This document shows positions 1 through 12,067 of a stretch of DNA of 64,000 bases, piece after piece. The translations under genes and the position numbers were made by a program. This stretch comes from Guillardia theta CCMP2712 (Eukaryota > Protista > Cryptophyta), in NCBI RefSeq assembly GCF_000315625.1, contig NW_005434658.1, positions 649,139 through 713,138 on the forward strand. Direction: 5' to 3'. Within the stretch, counting starts at the first letter, position 1; the number at the start of each line of letters is the position of its first letter. The notes beneath the pieces are model-generated. The model ran no database searches. It saw only the letters and a program-made list of their open reading frames with translations, and was not told the origin of the DNA.

Positions 1-1012
1 GGACTTTTTCTTCGATCCCCCAAGGCAGATCCTGACAAGGGAGGACGAGCCCTTAGTGAGGAGGCTGCGATTCGAGTCGATCTTTCAGAGGAAGTTCTGG
101 TGTGTTTCCTTCTTCCCCCATCGCTGCCCCCTCCTCCTTCCTCCTCACTTGGTCGACGTGCAGGTCCCCCGAATCGGAGAGTGCTTCCGGCCCAGGCTCG
201 AACGCCGACATGACAGCGGGCGTTCAAGAGCTTCTCCACGAGGTGGGGCTTAGCCCACAGACCTCGTCCTCCTCATCGCTGCTGTAGGTGATGACCGACC
301 TTGGCCTCAGCTCCCTGCTGGATATAGGATGCGGGGACTGGTTTTGGATGAGCAGGACGAACTTGACAGGAGTGAGATACGTGGGTGTGGACATCGTGCA
401 CGACATCATCGCCTCCAACATCCGCCATGTGCAGCAGAGGACGAGAGAGTGCGCGGGCGGTGGGAGCAGCCCGGGCGGCGCGTGCTCCTTCCTTCCCCGG
501 TCTGTGCGTTTCGGGCAGGAGGACGCGGTGCAAGGGCTAGAGCCTGCCATGTGTGAATACCAGGAGGAGGGGCAGGTGCGGGCGGGATGCGAGCTAATCT
601 TTGTGAAAGAAGTCCTAATCCACCTAACTATCAATGACATCAAGAAGGTTCTTGACAACATTCAGGTCCTCCTCTTACGCTTGCGCCTTCACCAACCCGC
701 GGTCTGATGCTGTCCTCTCAGAATCTCTCGCTTTCGCTCCAAGGAAACCCGCACTACAGGTTCGTCTGCTCTGTCAATACTGGAGCGTCATCATACTCTG
801 ACTGAAAACTTTCGAGCAGCACGAAGCAAAGATACCTGCTAGTCACGCACGACTCGACTGTCAAGGTCAACAACGACGAAACCATCACTTCCTTCTCGCT
901 ACCTGGAGGAGGCTGGAGGCCTGTCAACCTCTATCTCCAGCCATTTCTCCTGCCCCCGGCGCTGGTAGAGTTCGAGCAAGGGTTCTCCCTGTGGAAGCTT
1001 CCCTTCGAGTGA
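1..1012 (+). CDS. Class I SAM-dependent methyltransferase (5' part lies outside the window; spliced)
   Basis: Spliced translation gives SESASGPGS...LLHE|VMTDLGLSSLLDIGCGDWFWM...YVGVDIV (motif I plus acidic motif II), then KEVLIHL and C-terminal WRPVNL..PF; stop TGA at 1010-1012. Confidence 0.8.
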
Positions 1013-1679
1013 CTGGTCGAACCGAACACAAGTTTGAAGCTCAGTCGAGCCAAGAGGTACGATCCTGCCTGCTGGTCCCGTGAGCCTGTGAGTATGGTCC
1101 GATCGTTGGAAAACATCACCAGGAATGAAATGCGTTAGCTCAGATTTTAATGAATTCAATGAGGTAAAGAACTATCATTTCTCTGACTTCTCTCCACCAC
1201 TGTCCGCTCTTACTCCCATTCTGTCCAACCTCCTCCTTTCTCCGTTCTCCTCCCTCCGTCCTCAATCCTCCTACTCTTCCTCCCTCCCTCCTCCTGCTCT
1301 GGACTTTATCATCCCCTTCTTTCACATGGCGAACAATGTCAAGAAGTCACCCTCCTGCCCCCACATGGTACGCCTAGCTAGTCAAAGAATGGGGGAAGTG
1401 GGGTACTCGTGTGGGAAAGAGTGGGGTGGGGTAGAGGCAAGGGGGGGAATGTGTGGTTGTCAATCGCGTGACCGGAGGGTCCGTCCGCGCCCCGACGATG
1501 CAGGTTGGGCAAGGGAGGCGGAAGGAGGAGACGAGGGAGAGGAGGGAGAGGGGGAGACGGGGGAGGGAGTAGATAGCAAGAAGAAGATGGCGACAAGTTG
1601 AGAGGCGAGGCCAGGACTGGAGAGGAGAGCAGAGGAGGGAGAAGGGAAGGTGAAGTCAACAATGGTACTGGTACGACAT

Positions 1680-4644
1680 GTTTGCTCTGGACAAAATAAA
1701 CCTCGCATCTGATAGCTGTGCTGACGCTGAGAGGTCTTCTGACTTGTGGTGATGATACAGATTGATTGATTGCACCTCCAAGAGAGCTTGTTCCTGCCGT
1801 CGTCTCTTTGATTTCCGCCTCTCCGACCGCCTGAGAGTTTGGAGCGCAACAGACTACTAGGCGACGAATTCTCCTACCCTTGACTTGTGAGCTATCGTCA
1901 TCCTATGCTGCTAATATGCTGCTCTGCGCTGAAATGATGCGGATGATAGCATATCACACATCTAGAACACCGAAAAGATGTCATTCATGACATCAAACAG
2001 CGGAGTCCGCGAGAGCAGGTTGAGTACACTTCATGTCGCGTCTTGATCGTCTGTGATCAGCTTCGCAGGATTATGCGCAAGATGGATGAAAACCTGAAGG
2101 TGAGCAGACAGCAAGAGGAGGCGAAGGGCGGGGCAGCATGAGGGACGAGAGGCTCACCCGAAGCGTTAGATACAACACGATGCTGAAGACCTCGAGTGGA
2201 TCCGAGAAGTCGACTCTCGTGAGGGCGCACGAGCTTGTGAAGGTGCTCTCACGCTCATGTTAGGCATGTATGTCAAACAACGATATATCACCGTCCTTGC
2301 GGTCTGTCGAGCATACACCCTCCTGCTCGCCTGATAGTTGTGTAACGCTTCCCTTAGCTGGTAGGACTCTTCACATCGGTCATCGTAAGGGAGACTTGTA
2401 TGCGAAGGCCCATGGAAGAGAGGTCCTGAGGATCTCTCCTAGAACAAGACTGACATGCTGTAGGTGCGAGGGACCCTTTGTCAACCTGCTCAAGGCCGGG
2501 ATCACAATCAGCACCATCATCATGCTCTTCTTCATGTGGTGATGGAGACGAACAGTGCAGCACGGCAGCTAAGGGTCCATGCAGGCAGCAGATGGAGCTG
2601 GCGCTGGAGAGCGAGGACGCCCAGCAGAGGTTGATCGACAGAGATCACCGGCTGCTGGCCGACAGCCGAAGCGTGAGGCAGACGTGCTTCCAGCGGCTCA
2701 AGGTCTCCCGTGACACCCGCCTGCCGTCTCGTCTCCTGATGTACTGCAGCGAATCGTGAGATCGAACCTGCTCACATGGACCTTGTTGTTTCCTCTCAAC
2801 ATGATTCACCCCCTTCCAGGTTTTCCCCTCCGGCATCCCCTGCTCGGGACCCGGCAGTCTGACATTCACTCAGGGTACTCCAGGATGTGGACGATTGAGC
2901 AGCTGGGAATACAGCCTGTCTACCGTGTAGAATCGCTGACCTCCGCTGCCATGCTGATCCGGTTCGATGCTGCTCATCGTGTCGCTCCCTCCTCCCGGCT
3001 CATCTCTTCCCTCGCAGCGTGTACCACATCTTCATGCTGATCAAGCTCAAGCTGCTCACCAAGTACCTCAGCCTCGACTCCTCGCTTATCATCCGCAACG
3101 AAAACGCTATCAAGCAGATGAACGACCCCAGCTTGTCGCAGCCTGTCCTGGCGATCAAGATCGCTCTCACTCGTCAACCTATGTACCTCATCGGCACCTG
3201 CTGGGCCGTTCTCATCTTCGCTGCAACATGGATCATCAGGATCTCCGAGAACACTCCCGGGAACCTTTTCAGCGTCTACGTCTGGGATCAGCTCTGGCTT
3301 GTCATGGTAACAAGGTGATTCAATGCTACTGCTGCTGCTGCTGTCCCTGCTCCTGCTCCTTGATCCTGCTCCTTGATCCTGCTCCTTGATCCTGCTCCTT
3401 GATTCTGCTCCTGGTGAACGTTTCACTGCAGCACCACAACGGGATACGGAGATGTTGTTCCCCACACTCACTTTGGGAGATTCGGGGGGATGCTGTGTAT
3501 GACCGCGGGGCCCATTCTGATCTCGATCATGACCGCCACCTTCTCTAGGAGTATGACGCTCAACCCGCAGGAGACGAAGCTCATGCGCACGCTGGACGGG
3601 GACAAGAAGCAGAGCCAAGTCATCATCGTGGCTGCCAAGATGATTCAGCTGTGGTGGAGGGGACGCACGCGGATGCTGTGGTTCAATCCGGACAACGAGA
3701 TGTCGATGCGCCGGCTGCTGGACCTGGAGGACGAAGACCGCGAGAGGATGGAGAACCTCTTCTGCCAGCTGATGGAGGCGCAGCAGAAGCTGAGGCGCTT
3801 CAAGAATCAAGTGGGATATCATGAGGTTGGAGAGAGCACGGAGCAACCAGATACTGCGAAGAGACGCGGGAGCATGGAGAGGAACTCCTCGAACATCGCC
3901 AACGCGCTCATGCTCGCATACCAGCAGCAGAAAGGAACGAGTCTAAAGGAGAAGGTTTCCCAGGCAGGGAAGCGGAGGGGGAGTCAGGATTCGGAAACGA
4001 ACGATCCGGAGGATGTTACAACTTCTGCTCTGACAGGAGCAGGAGAGGGAGGCAGAGGAGGCAGAGGAGCGAATGACAGTGGGGCCATGCAAGACAAATC
4101 CGAGCTGAACCATCGTGACTACCTTGCTGCACTTTCAACACTATCGGACCAGGTTTCTCCCTCATGCTCCTTCTCTTTCTCCTCCTAACTCCTCCGACTC
4201 TTGCATTCTCAGGTCGGCGAGCTGCGCAAAGTCACCCTCCAGCAAGGCCGCATGCTTGCAAGCCTGTCAAATTCCATGGCCTCCATCGAGAGCAGCCTCC
4301 ACCTCCTGGCAATCTCCCCTCCTCCTCCTCTGTCCTCTCACTCACTGCTCGGTGTTTCCCAGCTGCCGGATCTGCACGTACCCAAGAGAAACTCCGAGGC
4401 CATCAAGCACAGCCCGCGAACTCCAGACACTCACAGGAGAAGCCATGAAGTGAGTCCTCCTCCCTCCTCCCTTCCTCCTGATGCTTTCCAGTCGCACGGC
4501 CAACCCCCTTCGAGCTCCCTCGCCCCACGGCGAAGCAAGTCTGGTGAGTTCGAGAGAGGGAGAGGAAAGATGGAGTGGAGAGGAGGAGTGGAGGGGGGAG
4601 GAGAGGATGCAGTGACTGTTGGAGCTCAGAAGACGAGCTGGTGA
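1680..4644 (+). CDS. Small-conductance Ca2+-activated (SK/KCNN-like) potassium channel; start approximate
   Basis: Exons encode LLKAGITISTIIML, NMIHPLPG, AAMLIR, pore WLVMVT|STTTGYGDVVP (~3295-3462), an S6 helix, then LNPQETKLM...AAKMIQLWWRG (CaM-binding region); stop at 4644. Confidence 0.8.
3328..3411 (+). repeat. Intronic (TGC)n and (TGATCCTGCTCCT)n tandem repeats
   Basis: Visible in the intron that splits the channel pore helix. Confidence 0.8.
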
Positions 4645-7323
4645 TCCCGCTCAACGGAGGAGCGATGAAGATTAAATACCCCGGCCCTCAAGATAACCAT
4701 TCAGAGACGTGAAAGCTTCCTTGCTCCCCCTGCCCCTCTGACTTGGCACGGCCTTGCAGGGCGGATCTCGTGTTTGAGGATAGAAGCCCTCCAAGGACGG
4801 GGTGATCAGCTTGCCTCCTCCTACCCCTTCCCGCGTGCTGACATCCTTCAGCCCTCACCTGCTCCCTCCAAGATCTCAACGTCGAACCTCCGAGGAGCCG
4901 CTCACTGACCTCCCGTTGGTAAGACAGAGAGCGCCATCACTCTGATCGCCCCATCTCCATCCTAGTCCTTCCTTCCTGTTGTCTACTATCCCATGACAGA
5001 TGTTGCTTGCTCTATCCGCAATCTTTCTCCTGACTTCTCTCCTCTCCGCGTGCTCAGCTCCACAGCAAGAAGGCCTTCCAAGAGTTCTGCTCGAGGCCTC
5101 GGGCAGTCCCAGCGAGCTCCTCCGACCGGCTCGTCAGGCTGTGGAAGGAGGCAGCATCGCTCAAGTCACCAGATCGAAGTTCAAGTCAAGACATTGAAGA
5201 GATCCAGCAAGCGGAGGACCATCATGCCGGCAGGAAGAAGGTCGAGCTCTCCGGCCGCCCTCCTGACGTGTCTGAAGTTCTGCCGCAGCAGCCACACGGT
5301 CGCTCGTAGCCTCCCAGCGATCTCAGCTGACAGGCCGCGGCGGCCGGGCGGTGCCGCACTGATGGGTTACCGTAGTACCGCCAGTCCACTTGATCCCAAC
5401 TTGCCAGGCTCACCAGTCAGCATTGAAGCCTGAAATCTGAGTCAACTTAGGATCGACTACCGTGCGGCTGCAGCGACTGCTCGCGGCGGCCAGCGGCGGC
5501 AGCCGCCGGCCGGCAACAGACCGGGACCGTCTGAGGTCGCTGCCAACCGTTGAACAGCCGGGCCAAATACTACCGTGGGGCCTGCCGCGGTCGGGGACCG
5601 GACCACCCCGGGGCCCGGCCGCACTGAGACCGACGCCGGTCCGACGGTTGAATCATATCAGTGTTCGGGTCACTGAGTGACATCGCCGGGCGGCTGGGCG
5701 AGAGTGATCAGTCACCGGGTGGTTCGCCTGCCGGCCCGGGCAGTCGCGGCGGCCCGGGTCGCCGAACTCGAACTTTGCTTGCCAAAGTTTGGCATGAAGT
5801 TTGAAAACTTGCCATGATCGGCCCCGGTTGTAAAGTCTCAATTCTTTTTTAAAAAAGACTTTTAATCATAGTTTTGTTTTAATTGGCCTCCGGGTTACCC
5901 CCCAGAAAGTACCCGGACAAAGGTCAGACCCGGTCGAAAATATACTTTTTCGAGTACGTACTACCTAAAGGATGTACTTATCGATGCAACCATTTATCTC
6001 GGGATATTTCCAGTCTCAAAAGATCTCCTATCAATCTGGTTTGGTCAGATAGCAGCTCGAAAAAATATCTTTCCAGATCCCAGTTTGCCTGATATAAAAA
6101 CAACTTTAAAGATCACGCAACTTCATTATACATACTTGTATTTCATAATATATTAATAGGACAGGTATTCTCAATACAAAATAAATACCATATTCCTCTT
6201 GCAGTACACTATATATATCTATTTTGATCAGTTTTGGGAAGAACCTCCAATTGTACCCCTTTTACATCAAATGTACGAGAACATAACTTGATCGTTCAAA
6301 CTTAAATCAAGTTTTATGGTCTCCGTAGCATATTGATTTTAAAAATAATTTAGCAGCCCCTCTTTTTAAAATACCTCCGCCCATACACAAAAAAGTGCAA
6401 ATAGAGCCCCCATCCAACCACCCCACCCCCTCCTCACCCCTAGTTTAACCCATGAATTGGGACCCCATTCATCACCCTCTTGCTTCCCATACCCCACCCC
6501 TTACCCCTAGCCGTCAAATGCGCCCAGCTATCACCTCCCTTCCCTGACCACCCCTCCAATAGCCCTTCTGATCCCTTACGATACACCCCCTACCCCCTAC
6601 TATCATAACCCCACCCAACTGTATATGCTAAAATCTCGGAGATATGCGGCTGCATCCTGGCATTTTGGTACCCTACCCCATCGAAGTTTCCAGTCTCTTA
6701 TCAACCCTACCCAACCTCCGAGCACACCCTTCCATATAAAACTACCCACCCTTTTAACATGTCTTCTGGGAACTACAGGGGTGGTGCCATCCTGTTCCTT
6801 TAACCCCCCGCTCGAGACCCTGTCGGGCATGATGGCGGCGGCGGAGTTAGCACAACCGCTTTCTTTCTTCGCACCTCCTCCTCTGACCCCCACACTTCAC
6901 GTTCCGTTACTTATCCACATCTGCGTTCTCCTCCGTCTTATGCTGACATGCCATGGTGAACGGACACAAAACCCTGTTTTTCCTTTTGTTATGATCTGAC
7001 CCTCATTGCCTTGCGGGCCTGAATGCTGAATTTGAGCTGAGCATTGATAGTGTGGGCTCAGGGGAATCATTGATCTTGTGAACATGGTCGAAATTATCAT
7101 TTTCATCTCCTCGTGCTGCTTGCTGTGTTTGGGTCATAGTTGTCGCACTTCGCTATGGAGCCTTTCGCATATTTCGATAAGTGTGTGGCGATTGGGGCTT
7201 AACAGCCCACTTTAGAAGCTATTTGCGATATCCTTTTGAGAGCTCCCTTTGTCTTGTCCTGATCCCATTTGGTAATAGACAAGCATTTCAAGGACAGAGT
7301 TGCCGCCCGATTGATGCACTGCT

Positions 7324-9551
7324 ATGGGTGCTGACACGGAGCCCATCTCGATTGTAACAGTGGGAAGCAAGAACTGTTCTCCGACCTCTTCATGTATGTT
7401 TGCGACATCCTTTCATATATCGTCATGACATCTGTCTCTCAGCAAAATCATCAAAGTTGTCTTTAGATATCTCCATCAAGACGGTACAAGTATCTCGGGA
7501 CCTTTGAACTTTATTGAGCATGTTGTCGGCAGATGAGTGAAAGTCAACGATCGAACGTTAAGACAGAGGGAGAAGACACGACTGATAGCGAGCCCTCTAG
7601 AAAGAAGGATGATAGCCATCTCTCTCTTGATGAGGTTATTCAAGGCGAAGGAAGTGTCAGGTTTCTGACTGAAGGGCCAGGATGAAGAGATGAAGCAGCT
7701 TGCAAGTGCTCACTTGAAGAACATGAGTGATCCGGTACATGCATGCTGTCTTGGCGTGAGAGAGTCTTGTCGGACATTCTGACGGGGCCAATGCAGGTTG
7801 GTCCAGGAATGAAAAAGTCAACATCGGCCGAGATCTTGAATCATTACAGCCAACAACCCATACATGTGCGGTCAAGAGCCGAACAGTGGGAGCTGCCTCG
7901 TTCGGTTAGAATCGATCTATGTACAATGTCTCAGTGCAGTACTCATTCATGGGCAGGAAATTCAGCTCAATGCAAAGCTAGGGGAAGGAGACGGTGGAGT
8001 TATTTATTATGTAATTCCTCAACCAGTTGGTTCGTGATAGAATCTGTGACTTGCGCTGATAGGCGCACTGGCGTGGATTGGACGTTGTCGCAAAGATGTT
8101 GAAGGTGTCGAAAATGATAGTTGCTCACTCGAGAGGAAGAGTAACGATCGTCTAGACTGAGAGTGATCACGGATCAACCATGGATGGAGCGGTCGCAAGA
8201 GCAGACCTGATCAACGAGATTTCTGTACGAGTCTGCTGCGTTTTTAGAGATGTTTCTCACATCTATCATCAGGTTTTGTCTCGATTAAGGCATCCCAATT
8301 TGGTCATGTTCTTAGGAGCCTGTACTATCAAGGTAAGATTCAACAAGTGACCAGGAGCAGTGGTTTTCGCAGGATATGCTTGACTGCAACTTCTCAGGAA
8401 CCACTTATAATTCTCAATGAGTACTTGTCGGGAGGAAATCTAGAAGGTGAAAATCGAAGAAGTTCTGGTGGGGTATTGATCAGGTTGTTTTCAGACTATT
8501 TAGCCAGCAAGAGGAAGGAGCGTGGTGGAAAGCCATGGCAGCCCCCTCCAAAACAGGTCTGTCTACTAGGCGATGCCAGGTGCTTGCAAGTGACATGGCG
8601 CAGGTGCTGAGATGGTCGATGGAGCTTGCAAGAGCTTTGTGCTTCCTGCACAATTGCAATCCTGTGAGGACCTGGGATCAAGTGCTCGGATCAAGTTCTG
8701 ACTCAAAGGAACTAGGTTGTAATTCACCGGGATTTGAAACCTGCAAACTTGCTTCTGAACGAGGTTGGAAAGTTTGAATCGAACCGATGTATCTCACGTC
8801 ATGCATCTAGGACTGCCACCTAAAAGTTGGGGATTTTGGTCTGAGCAAGTTAAAAGATTTGCAGAAAGTTGCTGGAACGTGAGGAAAAAAGCTCTTCAAC
8901 ATCAGGATATTGACTTCCAACTGCAGGTACAGGATGACGGGGAAGACGGGATCAATGCGTTACATGGCACCCGAAGTCTTTCTTGACAATCCACAGGTGA
9001 ACAACACAGAAAATGTCGCAAACTTCCCTCTGAAATTTGAATGCTAGTATGACGAGAAAGTCGACATCTATTCCTGCGGCTTCATTATGTGGTAACTAGC
9101 CTACACGAGTTTCTTTTCAGTCCTTTGCTGATGAATGGTGTGTCCAGGTACATCACTCTTGGTGAGAGACCATTCGACAAAGTCCCGGCACAAGTAAGAC
9201 CTGGGTTGCTCTTGCTCTGTCGCTATGACTGACCGTACATGGCACAGGTGGTGGCAGAAAAGGCATCAAAGAATGACCTCCGCCCAAATCTCGAGCCGGT
9301 AAGTCTCGCCGCAGACCCGCTCGTCCTCTTACCGTTAGTTCAGATCATCCAAGTGGCTGGGAATGAGTTTGCTTCCTTGATCGAGCAGAGCTGGCACAAG
9401 GAGCCGAACCTCGTGAGTTTGTCTGACGTATCGCAACCTCTCGCTCACATCCTGCCGTTAGAGGCCCTCGGCTTCGGAGCTGGTCGACAAACTGGAAGAG
9501 CTACAGCAGCAACTACAAGACACCAAGAAGAAGAAGTGCATCATCATGTAA
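7324..9551 (+). CDS. TKL/Raf-like (MAPKKK-type) protein kinase with C-terminal polybasic CaaX; about 19 short introns
   Basis: Spliced motifs WELPRS, LGEGDGGVIYY, VVAKMLK, LRHPNLVMFLGAC, HRDLKPAN (~8725-8748), DFG (~8833), MTGKTGSMRYMAPE, DIYSCG; ends DTKKKKCIIM* (TAA 9549-9551); start approximate. Confidence 0.9.
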
Positions 9552-9689
9552 ATGGCAGTTTTGTAATTTCACGAGGGTGGGGACCACAGATTTCATCAAT
9601 TTCTTCTTTTAAATTCTCTTTCTCAATCGACATAGCTACCTTATGACCGGTCTCCTGGTTTTGGATATCGAAGCAGGGGTCATACCAGG

Positions 9690-11110
9690 CGCTCGAGCTG
9701 TGGTCATACTACCCGCCAACGAGACTCCTTGTTAGACTGGCGGTCCTGAACGAGACATGAGCGTAATGAGACTGAAACGTGGGGCGTGACCTGTTGACTG
9801 AACATGCTGAGGACGTTCAAGAGGAGGTAGGCAACCGAAGCAACGAGCTGGTTGGTTCAACCGGATTGTCAGTCTGCAAAGAGAAACGTTCTGAGCACTT
9901 ACCAGCAAAGGAGTGACGAGGACGAGGTTGAGAGCGACGACAGAGAGGAGAACAAGCATCTCCAGCTGACCTGCCATGCTCTCCTTGCTCGTCCCATCAA
10001 CGACCCCCATCGTGTCTCCCGCTCCTGTCACCACCTGTCAGCTTCATCCCTTCACTTCTTCCGCCGCTACCTGCAAGGTGTCTACCGTTCGCTCCTCTGC
10101 TTCCGGTACAGGCCCAATGTACCGGAAGACGTAGAAGTCACCCTTGCCATTGTCCTCCATCCAGAGGTCTCCATCGAAGTACGAGGCCAGCAACTTCCCC
10201 TCCTTTGCCAACATGTTTGGGACTGGGAACCTCAACCAAACCCCAGCGAAGCAGATGGCGATCCTCCAGAACGCGTAGGAGAGGAGGAACCGTTTGTCAC
10301 CCCGCTGAGACCTTCAGTGGGGGTGAGCAGAACCTCCAGGAACATGGCGTCGCATACCGAGCGCTGCACTTGAGTCCCTGCAGGAGAAGACCGGGGCCGA
10401 ATTCCAAGTTGAAATCGATGTTTGAGTTCTTCAAGTCGACATCTGCAGGCCCGGGCACGTCGATAAAGTCAGGGCCATCCCCCCCTCCCGCCTTCCCCCC
10501 CCCACCCCTCCCACACACACACACACAAACAAACCCTTAGCAGCATCACCTAGAAACAACTGAAAGCTCGGATAGAAGTTCCAGAACTTCATCTGCTCCA
10601 AGGGAGCGAAAATCATCTTCCACCGCCCAGCGAGCGCCCAGCAGCTGTTCTCTTGCAAGGCAGACAAGGAGAGGGGAGGGATGTCCTGTCCCGCGTCGCT
10701 CTGATCGACACATCTTTTCACCATGCTGCCGACCAAGTGAGGAGGAGGTCGACCCGCATCAGCAGGGCACCTCTGTACGCGCAGCTTCTCAAACTCGGGC
10801 AGACTCACCGCACTCTTACCATCCTGCAGGTGGGGGGTTAGAACAAGAGCCGCGCCATCGCCCTCATGATGCTCCACCTCTTCGAGCTGGTTGAACAAAG
10901 TTCGAAGCCTAGAGGAGGCAAACTCCGTCGCTCTATTGTTCATGCATAAGCCTGGTCTACGATGGCTCGTCGGTCGTCCCATCGTCACGCGACTGCAGCC
11001 GATCTCAGGTTCTTTGCTGAGCGAGAGAGGATTCACCTCCATGGAGGGTGGACCACAAAGCAGTCGCATGATCGCAAACAGAGCATGGCGAGCGCTATCG
11101 ACCGTAGCAT
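9690..11110 (-). CDS. PAP/fibrillin-like protein with putative bipartite plastid-targeting presequence; 3' end approximate
   Basis: N-terminus MLRSIALAMLCLRSCDC-FVVHPP followed by an S/R/T-rich segment; LAGRWKMIF and LLASYFDGDLWMEDNGKGDFYVFRY resemble the fibrillin N- and C-terminal motifs; hydrophobic C-terminal stretch. Confidence 0.6.
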
Positions 11111-11343
11111 GGTGGAAGGTTGGTCGATGACAGCAGCGACGATTATCTATGAAACCTTCATCTTCCCACGCTTTCTGCTACACATCTCAAACAAAATGAT
11201 AATAATCAGAACAAGGGTCACAAAAGCACAGGAATGATCTAATCCTTTCAGTCTCCTCTAGAGTTTGCTCCCAAAAGCACTTACTTGACCTCTTGTCTAA
11301 TACTTTTCCACTCCCTACCCTCATTTCCATGCTCTCCCCTGCA

Positions 11344-11382
11344 CTGCGCTCTCTGCGCTCTCTGCGCTCTCTGCGCTCTCTG
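11344..11382 (+). repeat. (CTGCGCTCT)x4 tandem repeat
   Basis: Seen directly. Confidence 0.85.
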
Positions 11383-12067
11383 CCCTCGCTGACTTGCTCT
11401 CGCCCCCCCCCCCCCCCCCCCTTCCTCTTCCCTCCCCCTGCCACCAGCTCCTCTCCTCCTCTCCCTCCTCCCACCCACTTCCTCTTCGCTCTTCTGCATG
11501 CTCTCACTGTAAAACGCACTGCAACATTTTACTTGCCAGGTCGGTCAGGGTGCCTGAGGTCTTGTTTTTGAGGGTGGGGTACACAATGATTTGTTGAAAA
11601 AGAGGGGTGATCATTAGTGAAAACCACGGGTAGTGTTTTATGTAAGCACCCAAGATGAAGGTCATCGACAACGCGAACTGGGGATGAGGCCCGCAACATG
11701 CTATCCTGGCCCGCCCCAGTATGAATCAAGTGAAGGGGAATGAGCGGGGAAGAGGGCTTTGAGCACAGTTTCTAGAAGTTCACGATGGCGTCGAGATCGG
11801 AGGGAGAGCGCAGGGGAGCCGGAGATAGGAGGAGGAGAAGGAGGAGGAGAGGGGAGAGAGGAGAGGAAGGGTATAAGACGACGAGGAAAGTTGCGAAGGA
11901 GAGAGGGAGAGAGAAGATGCGAGGATGAGAGAGGAGGATGAGTTGGGGGGAAGGAAAGGGGGAAGGAAATGAACCCTGAAGAGAACAATGAGTTCTCAGA
12001 TCCTGTCATGACCTTTCAAATCTCAATCAGGAAAACTAAGAAAACATTTCTGCAAGAGCGAAGAAAC

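Noticed and set aside
4688-5433. Possible small gene (e.g. lipoprotein-like MLLALSAIFLL ORF)
   Set aside because: Non-ATG start, no consistent splice model or recognisable domain
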